64,000 nucleotides of DNA from Mytilus trossulus. Lineage: Eukaryota. The position numbers and the translations under genes are program-made. The notes beneath the pieces were generated by a model. That model worked only from the letters and a program-made list of their open reading frames with translations. It searched no databases and was not told the origin of the DNA. The stretch lies in NCBI RefSeq assembly GCF_036588685.1, contig NC_086375.1, positions 23,560,001-23,624,000 of the forward strand, in the 5' to 3' direction. Below, in pieces: positions 11,601-24,483 of the stretch; within the stretch, counting starts at the first letter, position 1; every line of letters begins with the position of its first letter.

Positions 11601-13483
11601 ACTTATTTGTAGATCTTACTTTGCTTAACATTATTGCTGTTTACAGTTTATCTCTATCTATAATAGTATTCAAGATAATAACCAAAAACAGTAAAATTTC
11701 CCTAAAATTACCAATTCAGTGGCAGCAACCCAACAACGGGTTGTCCGATTCATCTGAAAATTTCAGGGCAGATAGATCTTGACCTGATAAACAAGTTTAA
11801 ACCTGTCAGATTTGCTCTAAATGCTTTGGTTTTTGAGTGATCAGCCAAAAACTGCATTTTACCCCTATGTTCTATTTTTAGCCATGGCGGCCATCTTGGT
11901 TTGTTTGGCGGGTCACGCCACACATTTTTTAAACTAGATACCCCAATGATGATTGTGGCCAAGTTTGGTTTAATTTGGCCCAGTAGTTTCAGAGGAGAAG
12001 ATTTTTGTAAAAGTTAACGACGACGGACGACGACGACGACGGACGACGGACGCCAAGTGATGAGAAAAGCTCACTTGGCCCTTCGGGCCAGGTGAGCTAA
12101 AAAATAGGACACAATAAATAAATCTACCCCACAGCAGTATTTGCTAATTGCCATCTAGAAAACAATACATTAAGCAAACCAACTCTTATCTATACATGCT
12201 TGAAGTATTTGAAACATGACATTAGGAAAACAATAAATGAATTTTCAACAATACAGAACAATAAAACAAAACAATACTGACGAATTGTGTTCAATAATTG
12301 ACCCAAAATCACAACGTACATAATCCATTTACCTTTCCTCTTGGTTTATATCTTGACTGTCTTTCCTGCAAGCTGTTATAAATTGCACAGAATATGGAAC
12401 TTTTGCTCTGGAAATGATTTTCTGAGCTGCTGGTTCTTCTATTTCAAAGGCATATCCTAAATGTGTTCTAGGATACCTTTTATCAATGGTACCTGAAACA
12501 GATTGGGATCAATTACAACTTATGATATCTATAATTTAGTGTGTATAAAGAATACTGAGGAAACACCGGCTTGTTTGTAATATCTTATGGAACATTGTCA
12601 TAAAAAGCCACTGGCCATTGAAATTATAAAACAAATAACTAAATAGATATAGGAAGATGTGGTGTGTGTGCCACTGAGACAACTCGCCATCCAAATAACA
12701 ATTTAAAAAACGTAAAACATTATAGGTCAGTGTACGGCCTTCAACACGGAGCATTGGCTCACACCGAACAACAAGCTTTAAAGGGCCCCAAAACTACTAG
12801 TGTAAAACCATTCAAACGGGAAACCAATCTATATAATCTATATAAAAAAACGAGGAACGAGAAAGCTTGCTACACACGTTCATTTCTCTATTTGCAATGG
12901 CTAATAAATAGTCCAGGCTTGTGTTTATACAATCATTGTGCTATTTTCTATACTCTTTGGTCGGGTAGTAGAACCTTTGACACATTCCCTTTTCCATTCT
13001 TACATGAGAACTTGTGGTGCGATATCCAAGGAGACCACTCCGGTCCAGTTCTTCGTATTCAGTATTGTAAACTTGGCCATATTGAGGTAACTTGGTTGTA
13101 CTAATAAAAAAAATGTTTTTAATAAAAAAAAATAGCCACTCCTGACCCATTTGTTGACAAATAACTGCTTAATTATCTCTAACCAGTGACAAATCACATA
13201 CGCTCGTTCAGTAAATGCTTTCGGATCAAAGGGTACAAAAAGAGAACAGCTGAGTTCATGCAGCACGTCTGAACAGGCATGTCTTGTGCAGAACCCCGTT
13301 AAAAATAAGAGACAGGAAAGGGGAAATAATACGGAAGACAAAAACTCTAGTAAAAACGTAGATTACGTATAATACAAGTCGGTTGCTATTCCAAACTCAA
13401 AGCAACGGAGCTACACTTAAAATAGCTGTTTACTTACCTCCTGTTTGTATAATAAGAATTCCGTTTCTGTTCTCGCACATCAT
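8606..13483 (-). CDS. Short-chain (single-domain, 170 aa) L-asparaginase-family protein
   Basis: complement(join(8606-8912,12333-12492,13438-13483)) = 513 nt, GT-AG introns, phases consistent. MMCENRNGILIIQTGGTIDKRYPRTHLGYAFEIEEPAAQKII...CRKDSQDINQEERQKIL...ILITHGTDTMIETG...KTVVLTGAFLPEAFKDSDADFNVGFAIG...GVFIVMNG... Carries both class 1 asparaginase signatures (TGGTI, HGTDT). Confidence 0.92.
9022..9672 (+). mobile_element. HINE-like element, family C, with 168-bp core repeats
   Basis: TTATACCCC..GCTTT..GGGGGGTATAC 5' hairpin, (GTCC)n microsatellite, ~3 cores of 168 bp, 3' end GCGGCGGG.GTATCATCAGTGAGCAGTAGCTCGCAGTTTCACTTGTT. Other copies at 55915-56343, 58686-59082 and 59787-60759. Confidence 0.8.
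9690..10326 (+). repeat. Degenerate ~60-bp tandem array
   Basis: About 10 copies of TGCATGAAGTATTTGCCACTGGACATTAGGGAAACAATAAATCAATCTACCC-like units. The array resumes at ~12105-12240 beyond an inserted element; a single related copy is at ~44475-44512. Confidence 0.75.
10336..12102 (-). mobile_element. HINE-like element, family D, with ~500-bp core repeats
   Basis: Ends AACTAGAGGCTCTAAAGAGCCTGTGTCGCTCACC and GAAAAGCTCACTTGGCCCTTCGGGCCAGGTGAGCTAAAA, (GAC)n microsatellite, ~3 cores of ~500 bp. Same family as 50776-53052 in the opposite orientation. Confidence 0.85.
12645..12865 (+). repeat. Dispersed repeat beginning AGAAGATGTGGTATGATTGCCAATGAGACAACT
   Basis: Related copies at ~23540, ~30928, ~41403, ~45170 and, inverted, ~57125-57310. 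Origin not determined. Confidence 0.65.
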
Positions 13484-15321
13484 GTCAGATTATCAGGTAT
13501 AAAAACTGAAACAAAAAAAGTATTCAAAGTTCTTATATCATATATGATAGTTCTTTACAAAACTGTGCGATATTTCGGATTCAGTCAGCCTGATTTTGAT
13601 AAAATTTATAACTGCATCTGGATATTGGAAAACTATATACGTAGCATTTTTAATTCCAGAAATACATTCATGTTAAATCTTGTAACTGAAAGGGTCTATA
13701 GATCTGAATGTATAGAATCAGGGACTTTCTATTGTAAATATACTAGTATAGAATGTCCCTGATAGAATGTTCAGGAATAGTGCCGAAAATATGCATTGTT
13801 TCATTTTGCCGTTATAATAAGCATTAAAATCAAATACTTTAACTCAAGGATCACTTCTGCTGCAATTAAGGTCTTGCTGACTTTTACTGGCATCAAACTC
13901 AGTATCAATTCTTTATTTGAAAGTATCTCCCAATTTAATTGTATTTATTAGTCTCACAGTTGATTAGGGTATTATACTGTACATCATCTAGTATAGATAC
14001 CGTATCGGCGACAAGACTTTGACGGCGAGTTATGCTATATATAGCAATTATTTCACAATTTATCCCGTAAAAGCTGGTGGTCAAATAGAAATGTATAATT
14101 GAGTGAATTGTCACGATAACAAACTTGAAAAAAATAAGAGACGAAAAACGCCCCAAAAAACACAATTTGATGTTCATTTTCTACCAACCGAAACTTGCAT
14201 ATTATTTTTCAACATAACATTTAATGTTTTTGTTAGCAATTTTTGTTGCTGGCTATTTTTTTTCAAAGTTTGGTCTATCTTGTCTCTGTGTGTTTTTCTT
14301 GTTTTGTTCCTATCACTTTACTGTCCGTTTTTTTGTATGTCCGTACTGCGTCCTTTCCCCTTAAAGAGAAACAACAAATTGAAAGTTCCAACTAAAAATG
14401 CTTCATGTACTCACAAAACTATGTGTGCCTTTTGACGTGTTCCTAACTCAGGATCTGGTTAATTTGGTTAATTTGTAGCATTTGGTTCATTTGGAATTTT
14501 ATAGTCATGATTGAATGCTGTCGTTTCAGTTAAACATGTTAAACAATACTCCTGTCTAGCAACGTAATTGTACTAGTTGAATGAACCTATTTGTGTGGCT
14601 AAAAAAGTATTTTTTATGGGTTTCTGTCTCTCGGATGCCTCAGTCATCCCTATTGTCGGAAGTTCATTGTGTGAAAGATGATCAAATGCTTAGTGGGTCA
14701 TTTTCAAAAAATGTGGATATTTCAGTTGTGAAATAACTATACAAAAAAATATTCAATTTTCAACTTTAATAAATGAAATTGAATAGTTTAACAACAATAC
14801 AACCTGAAATAAAAATATGCAATCTTAAATGCTACTACAAACATATTTAAAAAAAAAATAGAAACAAGTATGGGACAAATGTCAACTACATAACGGATTA
14901 AGTTTCGGTCGCTAATTTTTTTTTAATTATATTTACCGTTTGCTTGATATATATTTCTATAAAAACCACCAAAAACTAAAATGTGTATCTAAAAATTGGA
15001 TAAAAATATTTACACTTTTTTAGAAATATTGATTGTACAAGAAAACCCACATTTTTAAAAAAAGGCCCTAGTAATGAAAAGTGATTTTGGGAAAACAATT
15101 TTGTTTTCATATATATAACTGTAAAGTTTATATGACAATAAAATATTTGATTTGATTTGATTATAATATTTACGGTAAACATTCCGTAAACTGCGTAACC
15201 GGGTTTGGTTTTAGTATTATTTATTGCAACTGGTACTTATTGTTTCATGTTAAACTCATCTTGCTCTATATCGAAGAATGAAGTGACAGTTAACAGTCGA
15301 AGAAAACAAAAACAAACGAAG

Positions 15322-18300
15322 ATGGTTTGCGAAAAATGTAAGTTATGAATTTCCATTAACGACAGTTATCATTGGGGCATTTTTCTATTTATCCAGAATC
15401 TCAACAGTTTGATCTCTTAAGATTTCGTATCCACACGTAAACAAGTAAATAGTTGTAATGGTATGACACACACATTGATAGAAATCACAGGAAATAATCT
15501 CTGTGATCTGTCTTCTCAAACATAATATAATTGTTAATTTCCATGAGATATCGATGAAGTATGAAAACTTATGTACCACAGTTCAATTATGTGAATACAC
15601 ACATTTGTGAGATTAAATAATTGAACAGACCTGTTGTCAAAATTCATAATTGTACACAAACAAAATACCTGACCTTTTCTAAAATGTGTTAAAAAGATAA
15701 AGAACATACTAAATTAATGAACTTTTATGATAAATTAAGTTATGTCATAACATATTGTGCCGTCAACTTGGAAGAAAAAAGTGATGTGACAAGAAGATTT
15801 CTCATGCTTTTTATATTGAATCAGATAGTTTATATATTTAATTGTTTTCAAACATTTGTCTTTAACTATAGGTGAGAAGAAACTTGGAAAAGTAATAACA
15901 CCAGACCCATGGAAAACAGGAGCCAGAAATATAACTGGTTAGTTTCATAGTAATAAAATATGTTCAATTATGAAATAACTTTTATATCAATAGTCATGCT
16001 AGTACATATAATATATTAAATCATTCAAAGTAAACTAAAAACTTATTTACTTTATTTGCTGACTTCAAAATATTTGATATATTGTGAATTTCTGCCAAGA
16101 TCAGCTTTTTCAGTTTGATTGAAAAGTTTAGAAGACAAACTGAAAATAAATTTAAGTCTTTCTCACCAAAGTATTAATTACATGTACATATAATTCAATT
16201 GTAATACAGAACTGATGTTTGTTTCTTATAAATTTGTATTCAATGTTTTCAGAGGGTGGAGGAAGAAAGATTGGTGAAAACAAAGCTCTAACAGCAAAGA
16301 AAAACAGGTATATGATTGATATGTATATATATTTATATATAGTTAAATTGTCAGCTGTTTATTTTTTTTGGTTTTATTCTTATACTATTGTTAATCTGTT
16401 TAATATATTCTCATATTTTCTCCTGGTATAACTAATGTTCCATGGTAAAATACTTGTTATATTAATTCTAACAATATACCACTAATGTTTTTTGTTCTTA
16501 TACATGTATGTCAGAGTTGTAACAATGGTGTTTAGTTGTCCAAAGTAAAAGGTATATGAGTTATTATTTGCACATTTTACCAAATTGTAAAAGAATCCAA
16601 TCATAAAGGGATTAAACTGATAATGCTCCAAACCAATTCATTGTTGAAAATTTATATTATGCTGAGTTCACACGTAATTTGAATTGGATTCGCATTAACT
16701 AATTGGAATTAGTTTAATTCACATTCAAAACGTTTTACGTCCTAAAGTCAATTCTAATTTGAATAACATTGCCTGTCAAATTCGCTTTACTGTCCACACG
16801 ACGTTAACTTTTCATTCGTATTCACAAAGGTGTATTTCTAATGCGTAGTAATAAAAGCAACAGATCTCACGACTTGTAACAGAAAAGTTGCATAATTTGG
16901 TTAAAAGATAAGTTGTTTCAAATCTATATAACAAATATTGTTCAGACAGACCTATTCTTGTTTGATATATAAAGTATGAAGTTCCGAGTTTTTTTGTTGT
17001 TTTTTTAGATTTGCTCCATATGAAGGATTTGCTAAGTGTAAAATATGTAGATCATCAGTTCATCAGAAAGGATCTCATTATTGCCAAGGTGAGTCAACAT
17101 TTCACTCTTCAGTGTTTTATAAGTAATGGAACCTTGTTCAGAGAAATAGATAACTTACATGTATCAAGAAAGAATCTACATTGAAGGCATAGTAATCAAT
17201 ATCTTAATAGAAGTGAATCAGCCAAATTTATATGTCCTTTAAAATAGCTTAGAATTAAGTGATTCCACCTAAACAATTGTAGCTTAAAAAATCAATACTT
17301 CACTTTTTTGGTGAATTGTAACACAACTGGTATAAACTGAAATAGAATAAATCACCACTAAAAATATTGGAAACAGAAAGACATTAAATATCTAACAGAT
17401 GAATAATAAGTTGTGTTTAGACTGACACAAATAACTGCAACAAGGGTTTAGTTCATGAAATTTCCATTTCCTTGTTTGATATATATTATCAATTAAGATA
17501 ATTCCACAAGTCAAACTTTTATAGAATAGGATTTAGTTAACCAAAACTTGTATGATAGAATACTAGTATATAAACAAATTTTATTAATGCGCAACATCTG
17601 ATTGGAATTTTATAAGGATTTTTTTTATGCCCTACCTACAATATTGGAGGGGCATTATGTTTTCTGGTCTGGTCCTTTTGTCTGTCCTGCTCCAGGTCAA
17701 AAATTTTGATGAACGTAGTTTTTAATGAACTTGAAACTTAGTACACATGTTCCCTATGATATGATCTTTCTAATTTTAATGCCAAATTAGAGATTTTATC
17801 CCATTTTCACAGTCTACAGAACATAGGAAATAATAATGCGGATGGGGCATCCATGTACTATGGACACAAACTTGTTTATTGTATATATGTATTCAGTGCA
17901 GGTGCTTAATTATCTTTTAAATGATTGCTTTACATTTTTTCATTGAATCATTTTAATTTTTTATGATCTTTTATTTTCAGGATGTGCCTACAAAAAAGGT
18001 AAGTTTCTGCATTATTTTGTAAAACTTAGTCATTAATGAATAATTGTATCCAAGTAGAAATTATTTTTATCCATTGCCTAGTCTAGTATATTGGCCTGTC
18101 TGTGTCACCTTGTATAAGGGAGTATTATGTTTTCTGGTCTGTCTTCTGTTGTGTACCCCCCATCTGTTTTTGGTTAAGGTAGTTCATAATTAAGTTGTGA
18201 TCACATCAACTTCTAAGTATGTACACATGTTTTTAGCTCACCTGGCCCCTTCTGTTGCCATTTTTGTATGAATTTTTCAAACTTCAATCGTATCAAAACT

Positions 18301-19078
18301 ACAGATATAACGAATAATAGAGATAGGCCATTTTGTACATACACCAAGGGGAAACTTGATGCAAAACATTATTATTTACTGTTTCATTTCATTTTATAGA
18401 AAATCCACAGCCTTTAGTACAGAGATTTGTGTTATAAAATTTGAAACATAGATTACTCACTTGCTTTACTTTGATGTGCTAGTGTTTATTTTTTACAAAA
18501 AATTCTAATCAACCTGTAAATTCCTAAATACCTTGTGCTGAGTTACTGAAGTGGAGTGCACCTTAAAAGGTGTACTTGATTTGTTCCATATTTTTATTTG
18601 TTTTAACCAATAACTACATTAATAAACTTGTTTTAAGGAAATCAATTCTAGCACTGCATGCAATAATCCTCTATCTATCAGTCATCAAATTGCCAAATAT
18701 GAGAGTACAAGGATAAAGGTTGTGGATTTTCTATAAAATGTCCATATGTTTAATATCATTGAATCAACACAAGGGTACATAATCCTTAAATGAGGGACTG
18801 TCCCTCAGAACCCATGTTGGTTTTCTATTGTAGAAAAATAAAAAAAGAATAAGTTTGCCCTTTTAACTAAAATAGGGAAGATTCAATATATTTGAATCAA
18901 CTTTTCTAAAAAAAAAAGGGGGCTACTGATTTTTTTTTTTTTTTTAAAGATTGTAGTCCATGGATATTCCAAAATTCACTGATTGAGTGATTTAATAAAT
19001 ATGTTTTTTTCAGGTATTTGTGCAATGTGTGGAAAAAAAATAATAGAGACAAAGAACTACAGACAAACATCAGTATGA
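15322..19078 (+). CDS. CRIPT: Cysteine-rich PDZ-binding protein (99 aa)
   Basis: join(15322-15337,15872-15937,16253-16307,17009-17088,17981-17998,19014-19078) = 300 nt. MVCEKCEKKLGKVITPDPWKTGARNITEGGGRKIGENKALTAKKNRFAPYEGFAKCKICRSSVHQKGSHYCQGCAYKKGICAMCGKKIIETKNYRQTSV*; four CxxC pairs and the C-terminal QTSV PDZ ligand. Confidence 0.97.
18390..18740. mobile_element. MITE-like element with ~27-bp inverted ends
   Basis: CATTTTATAGAAAATCCACAGCCTTTA ... TAAAGGTTGTGGATTTTCTATAAAATG; no clear TSD. Confidence 0.55.
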
Positions 19079-19081
19079 TAT

Positions 19082-19234
19082 TGGTGATAATGACAATGTT
19101 TAGTGATAATTACAATGATAGATGATAATTACCTGTATGGTGATGATTACCAGGTGTAGTTATAATTACAATGTGTAGTTATAACTACAATGTGTGGTGA
19201 AAATTACATTGTGTAATAATGATTACAATTTGTA
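19082..19234 (+). repeat. 19-bp minisatellite at the start of the CRIPT 3' UTR
   Basis: About 8 degenerate copies of GTGATAATTACAATGTGTA starting a few bases after the stop. Confidence 0.8.
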
Positions 19235-19631
19235 TTTTGATCTTTTACATTTTCTGAGCTTGAAAGCAAAAAGAAATGACAAACATGTGTACCACATATA
19301 TGTATTAATAGTTTAATATGGTTAAAAATCATTTTGTGATCTGGATAGTATCTTAGTTTATTAAGGTCAGGGACCTTTTTCATGACAAACTTTAAGGACA
19401 CTCAATGATTTGGACATCAAGTCAAACAAATCTTCCAAAGCATTTGTTTCATTTAAATGATAAGGATAATTCAGAATAATTTAATTTTGGATGTAACACG
19501 TTGTCTGATTTGCTGATGTTATTTTGATATCAGCCCATGGACATATTTTAGACGTGTGACCATGATGTCATCAACGATTTTTCATGGTTTTCTACGGTTT
19601 AAAATGGAAATTAGAATTATATCATAAGATA

Positions 19632-19775
19632 TGACTGTAATATTTTTTCTGTCTATTCGAAATAGCATAAAGAGTGTGGTGCACACTGTTAAATAACCCG
19701 CTACACGCATTATTCAGTGTGCACCAAAATTTTTATGTTATTTCTTCATAGACAGAAAAAAATATTATAGTTATT
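19632..19775. repeat. Imperfect palindrome, probably a non-autonomous DNA-transposon part
   Basis: ACTGTAATATTTTTTCTGTCTAT...GGTGCACACTG / CAGTGTGCACC...ATAGACAGAAAAAAATATTATAGT. Similarly built palindromes with CG-rich centres at 38844-39004 and 58135-58220. Confidence 0.6.
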
Positions 19776-21221
19776 CCTTAAATAAACGACTTTTTCAGAC
19801 TTTTGCTAAAATGATTACCTCCCGTTTGTGTAAAGAAAGAAAACAGATGGGGAATTTGAAATGTTTATTACTATTAAAATTAGAAACATTTTTACCTTAA
19901 AGAATGAAAAAGAGAAGAATTCAAATAACATCCAGCTTTAATTTATGTTCGTAATTTTTATATAGGATTTTTTGTCACCATTGAATTGTATTTATAATTT
20001 CAAGACATGATTTTACATTGTTGAAAAGAGGAGAAAAATATACATTTCATTATCATGTACTTATTTAGAGGAAGAGATATTGTTTGTGTGTCTTTGCATA
20101 CAAGATGATAATTATTTAATATGTGAAAGTGAAAGTGTGCATTTGTATCATTTATATTTAAAAAGTTGTTTGTTGATAATGTGTCAGTGTGAGTGCTTTT
20201 GTTTATCAAGTTAGAAGGACCCTGTTTTTTTTTTCAAAGATGTTTATTTTCAAGGAATTTAATTATAAGTGGAAAGAATTGTACTTAAAGGACACTACTC
20301 AAACAAATTACTCTGATTTTTTTTTTATTGAAAACTGGGGATACTGACAATGATCTTGCTTTCTCAACTTTTCAAAAAATAATGCAAAATCAGGTAGATT
20401 TGCAACTACATTGATTCATTCAGTTTAATTAAATTTTTTTCAAATTTTTCCCTTGAATTGACAAACATACTACAGATTGTTAATCTTTAACTCGGGACTG
20501 TATTGCCAATATATGTCTTTGAGATTTAGAAATGTGAGAGATAATGTAATCTGTAATCTGTTTTTTTTTATGTTTTTTTTTTGCCCAATGTTGAGGCATT
20601 ATGTTTTTCGGTCTGTTGGTTCATTCATCAGTTTGTCCAGTCAAGGTAGTTTTTGATGAAGTTGAAGTTCAATCAACTTGAAACTTGAATACATATGCTC
20701 CTTAAGGTATGATATTTTTTATAAAAAAAATCATGGGCCTCTAAATATATTAAGTAATATTGCAAGTGGGGCATCCATGTACTATGAACACATTATTGTT
20801 TTCTTATTTTTTAACCTAAAAATATGTGATCATGACTAATTAAAAATGTTCATTATAAGTATTGAATTCAAAATTCTTTGAAAAAAGTTAGAAATTAAAA
20901 GTTGTATAAGTTTAACTAATAAAGAAAAAGGTATCAACTCATTTACTGTCACATATATTTTTATTTTGGATATATTTCAATATCATTAGGAATTTTTGTT
21001 TAAAAATATCATGCTGTTTTAAACACATGTACAAAATGTATGTCGACTATGTTATATTTAAAAAAATGTTTATAAAAAAATAAGCAATTAATGTTTTAGT
21101 TTTATTTTTGTTGAAGAAAATTTTATTATAAAAAATTGAAAAGATATTGGGTGTAGGTCAATGTATCTATAGTTGTAAAAACTAATAATAGAAACAACGA
21201 TGTCTATATAACTATAACATA

Positions 21222-21640
21222 CACAGCTACTTTTGCATAGGTACTATTTTTGTACTAAAATATGTAGTACTAGAAATCTACTTTTAAAATTTAGTACTAT
21301 CTCATTACTTTAAAATTATTGTAATATTTAGGTACTTGTATTTTACAGTACCTGATTTGAACTAAATATTTTGGTACAGAAACTATACAATATTCCATGC
21401 TTGAAAATCATAATTTTAAGAGATTCGAAATAGAAAAACTTTCAAAATGTTGAAAATGTAATGGTAGTAACCAAACAAATGTAGTATCTAAATTTCAAGT
21501 ACAAATTAAGTACTGTAAAATACAGGTACCTAAATATTACAATAATTTTAATGTAACAAAATAGTACTGAATATTAAAAGTAGATTTCCAGTTCTACAGA
21601 TTTTTAGTACATAAATAGTACCTATGCAAAAGTAGCTGTG
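21222..21640. mobile_element. Fold-back MITE with CACAG...CTGTG ends, flanked by TA (CMC/EnSpm-like)
   Basis: ~130-bp TIRs CACAGCTACTTTTGCATAGGTACTATTT / AAATAGTACCTATGCAAAAGTAGCTGTG. Confidence 0.8.
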
Positions 21641-24483
21641 TATATAACATAGCTAAACTCATTCTGTATCAATTTTTTCCAAAGTGCATGGCCACTAGAT
21701 AAAAAGGTAGAAAAAGTAATTCCCTTTCAACATAAAGATGTGGATGGCACTTTACATCAAAGCTCCTAAGTAACTTGTACAGGTTAAGTCATGGTACTAA
21801 AATTAAAAGTGTAAACTTTCAAAGCCAGCAGTCTAAATGTTCACCGTCTGTGCCATATGATTGCATCTAGAATGTTAGAAATTATTAAGTATGTACTATT
21901 TCAGGTTATTGTTGAGCCTGCTACTTTGTCGCAGATACTCAACATAGTGATATTGATTCTGCAGTGTCTTGGCGGTGTTAACTACCTTCTTAAAAGCTTT
22001 ATACCTTAGAATGTGGAAGAAATGGATGCTTCATACTTTGTATTTCGATGCCTTATTTTACAAAGTTTCCTTCTGTCACATGTTCATTGTCCTTGACCTT
22101 TTTTTCATTGTTCAGTGGCTACTAGAAAAGAGATTTTTTGTAATGTTATTTTCTCTCTTATTATGATTTAGTATGTTTGGTGTATGAAAAGGTTGTAAGG
22201 TGCACATTTCCAACTGGAAGGTGTTATCTGACCTTGACCTCATTTTCATTGTTCAATTGTTTAAGGTAAGATTTTATGTTTTGGTCTGTTTTTCTTAAAC
22301 TGTATGCTATAGGTCTTCTATATTTGGTGTATGGAATGATTGCAAGGTATCGTCTCACCTTGACCTCATTTTGGTGGTTTATTGGTCAATGTTCATTGTT
22401 TGTTTCTTATATACTATTATAAGCAACAGGTTAAGAATATTGAAATAAAGTTAATGCATATGTTGTGTACAAGTTATCATTTTGTACAAATTATAATTTG
22501 TATTTTGACTTAGTACAAATTGTTATCTGTACAAAATCTTCCTGTACACATCATAATTTGTACAAAATCAGGCTAAATTTCACTTATAACTTGTACAATA
22601 TTTTACATGATATAATCTTTCAAATAAAATGATAAAAAATATCAATTACGAATCATTATGAAACACACTGATAACTGTATATACAAAACTATAACAACAA
22701 TACTTCTATTTGTTGGAGCAGGTGGGCAAACATTGACCTCAAATTACACAATAAATACTGCATTTTTCATTTGGACTTCGAGTTTTTAAAAAAGAAAAGA
22801 TAAAGTTGTTAATCAGGAATTTGTGTAACAGACATAGAAGAGTCATCAATAGATTCTAGTTGGTTTCTGCTTAAAAAAGGGGGGGCGATAGATACCAAAG
22901 GATCAGTCAAACTCATAGATCGATAACACTCCTGATAAATTACCAACTGTTGTCACTCCCCATCTGATAGCCAAGACTTCCTTCTTGTCCTGGCACTGTA
23001 TAAGCCAAGCAATATGTGGAATTTTAACGTGAAGTTTAATAAAACTATATTATACTCTAACTAACTGACCAAAAATGTCTGTCCTTCTATTGAGCTCAAA
23101 CTAGCCAACGTATGGCATGTGGCTGTTGTCTGCTCTACGGTCGGGTGGTTGTCGCTTTGACATATTCACCATTTCCTTTCTCAATTTTATTTTAGGGTTT
23201 ATGATATGTATATAATCTGTTGGAAATTACTATATTATACATTTGCAGACATAATCAGAGAATATGCACAACAGACTGGTTGCTGTTAACAGTACACAAT
23301 CATTTTAAATTAACATATTTTGCCAAAAAAGCATAATGTCAAATTAGCCCGGGAAATAAAGATTTGTCAAAAATAGACCCGGGATTTCAGGATTGTACCG
23401 ATCCCATATCTATCTTGTCTATTCTTTGAAAAAAAGAACCTATCATGCACTTTTTATTATGGTTTGATCTAGTTCTCAGATATTATAAACAATAGGTCAA
23501 TTATTATATTTAGTGTATGGAACAAACAATGTTGTACATATAAAAAAGAAGATGTGGTATGATTGCCAATGCCGGAGACAACTGCATACAAGAGACAAGA
23601 CAACAAAACTTTAGGTCACCGTACGGCCTTCAACAATGACCCATGTCCGCCTGACTGTTTTTATATTACTTTGGCCTTAATTTCATGGCTCATTGGTCAA
23701 TGTTGATTTTGTGGTCGGATCTGACCTTGATAATGTTAAGTTAATGTATTAAAAACTTCACAATAAAGACGTTCACTGCATTTGTTTGTACCTGTTGTTC
23801 AGGGGTTGTTGTTTGTTGTGGTTCACTAGTGTTTATCCTTTCTTGTTTTTTTGTGTGTATGGATTAGTTTTGGTTTTTCTGTTTAAATTGTTTTACACTA
23901 GTCATTATGAGGCCCTTTATAGCTTGCTGTTCAGTGTTAGCCAATGATTTGTGTCGAGGCTGAACTTTGACTATTTCACTTTGGCCTATAATTGTTTACT
24001 TTTCATACATTGTGACTTGGATGGAGAGTTGTCTTGTTGGCATACCACTTCTACTTCTTTCTCTTTCAACATAAATTCAATCAGAAGTGAATTAGGCGAG
24101 ACATTTCAGAGTGTGCACTGTCTTGACAGAAAGGTTAGCATAGTAAAGTTTAGTTTCAGTATCGAGTTTACTTACACCACAACTAGTTTAGCTTAAAAGG
24201 AACATAGTCTTAGACATTTAAATTATTTGATTTGCATAAAGGTAACAACTGAAAGTCCTTCTGATGCATACTATTACTGTTTTCCTTTTTTGAATGATAT
24301 GTTATGTGTTCGGAAATATAGGATAAAAATGTCTTTATTAAATATATATGAAAAAGTGAATAAATATGTATTTTAATAATTAAGGATTCATATGCCTTCA
24401 TGAGGAAAATGAAATGTCCTTGAAATGATTAGACACTATGTCTAGGTACAATTCTATTCAAAATAATAAAATAAAAGAGCATT

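Noticed and set aside
13000-13341. 113-aa ORF with a signal-peptide-like start in asparaginase intron 1
   Set aside because: Starts at TTG, not ATG; no domain or splice support.
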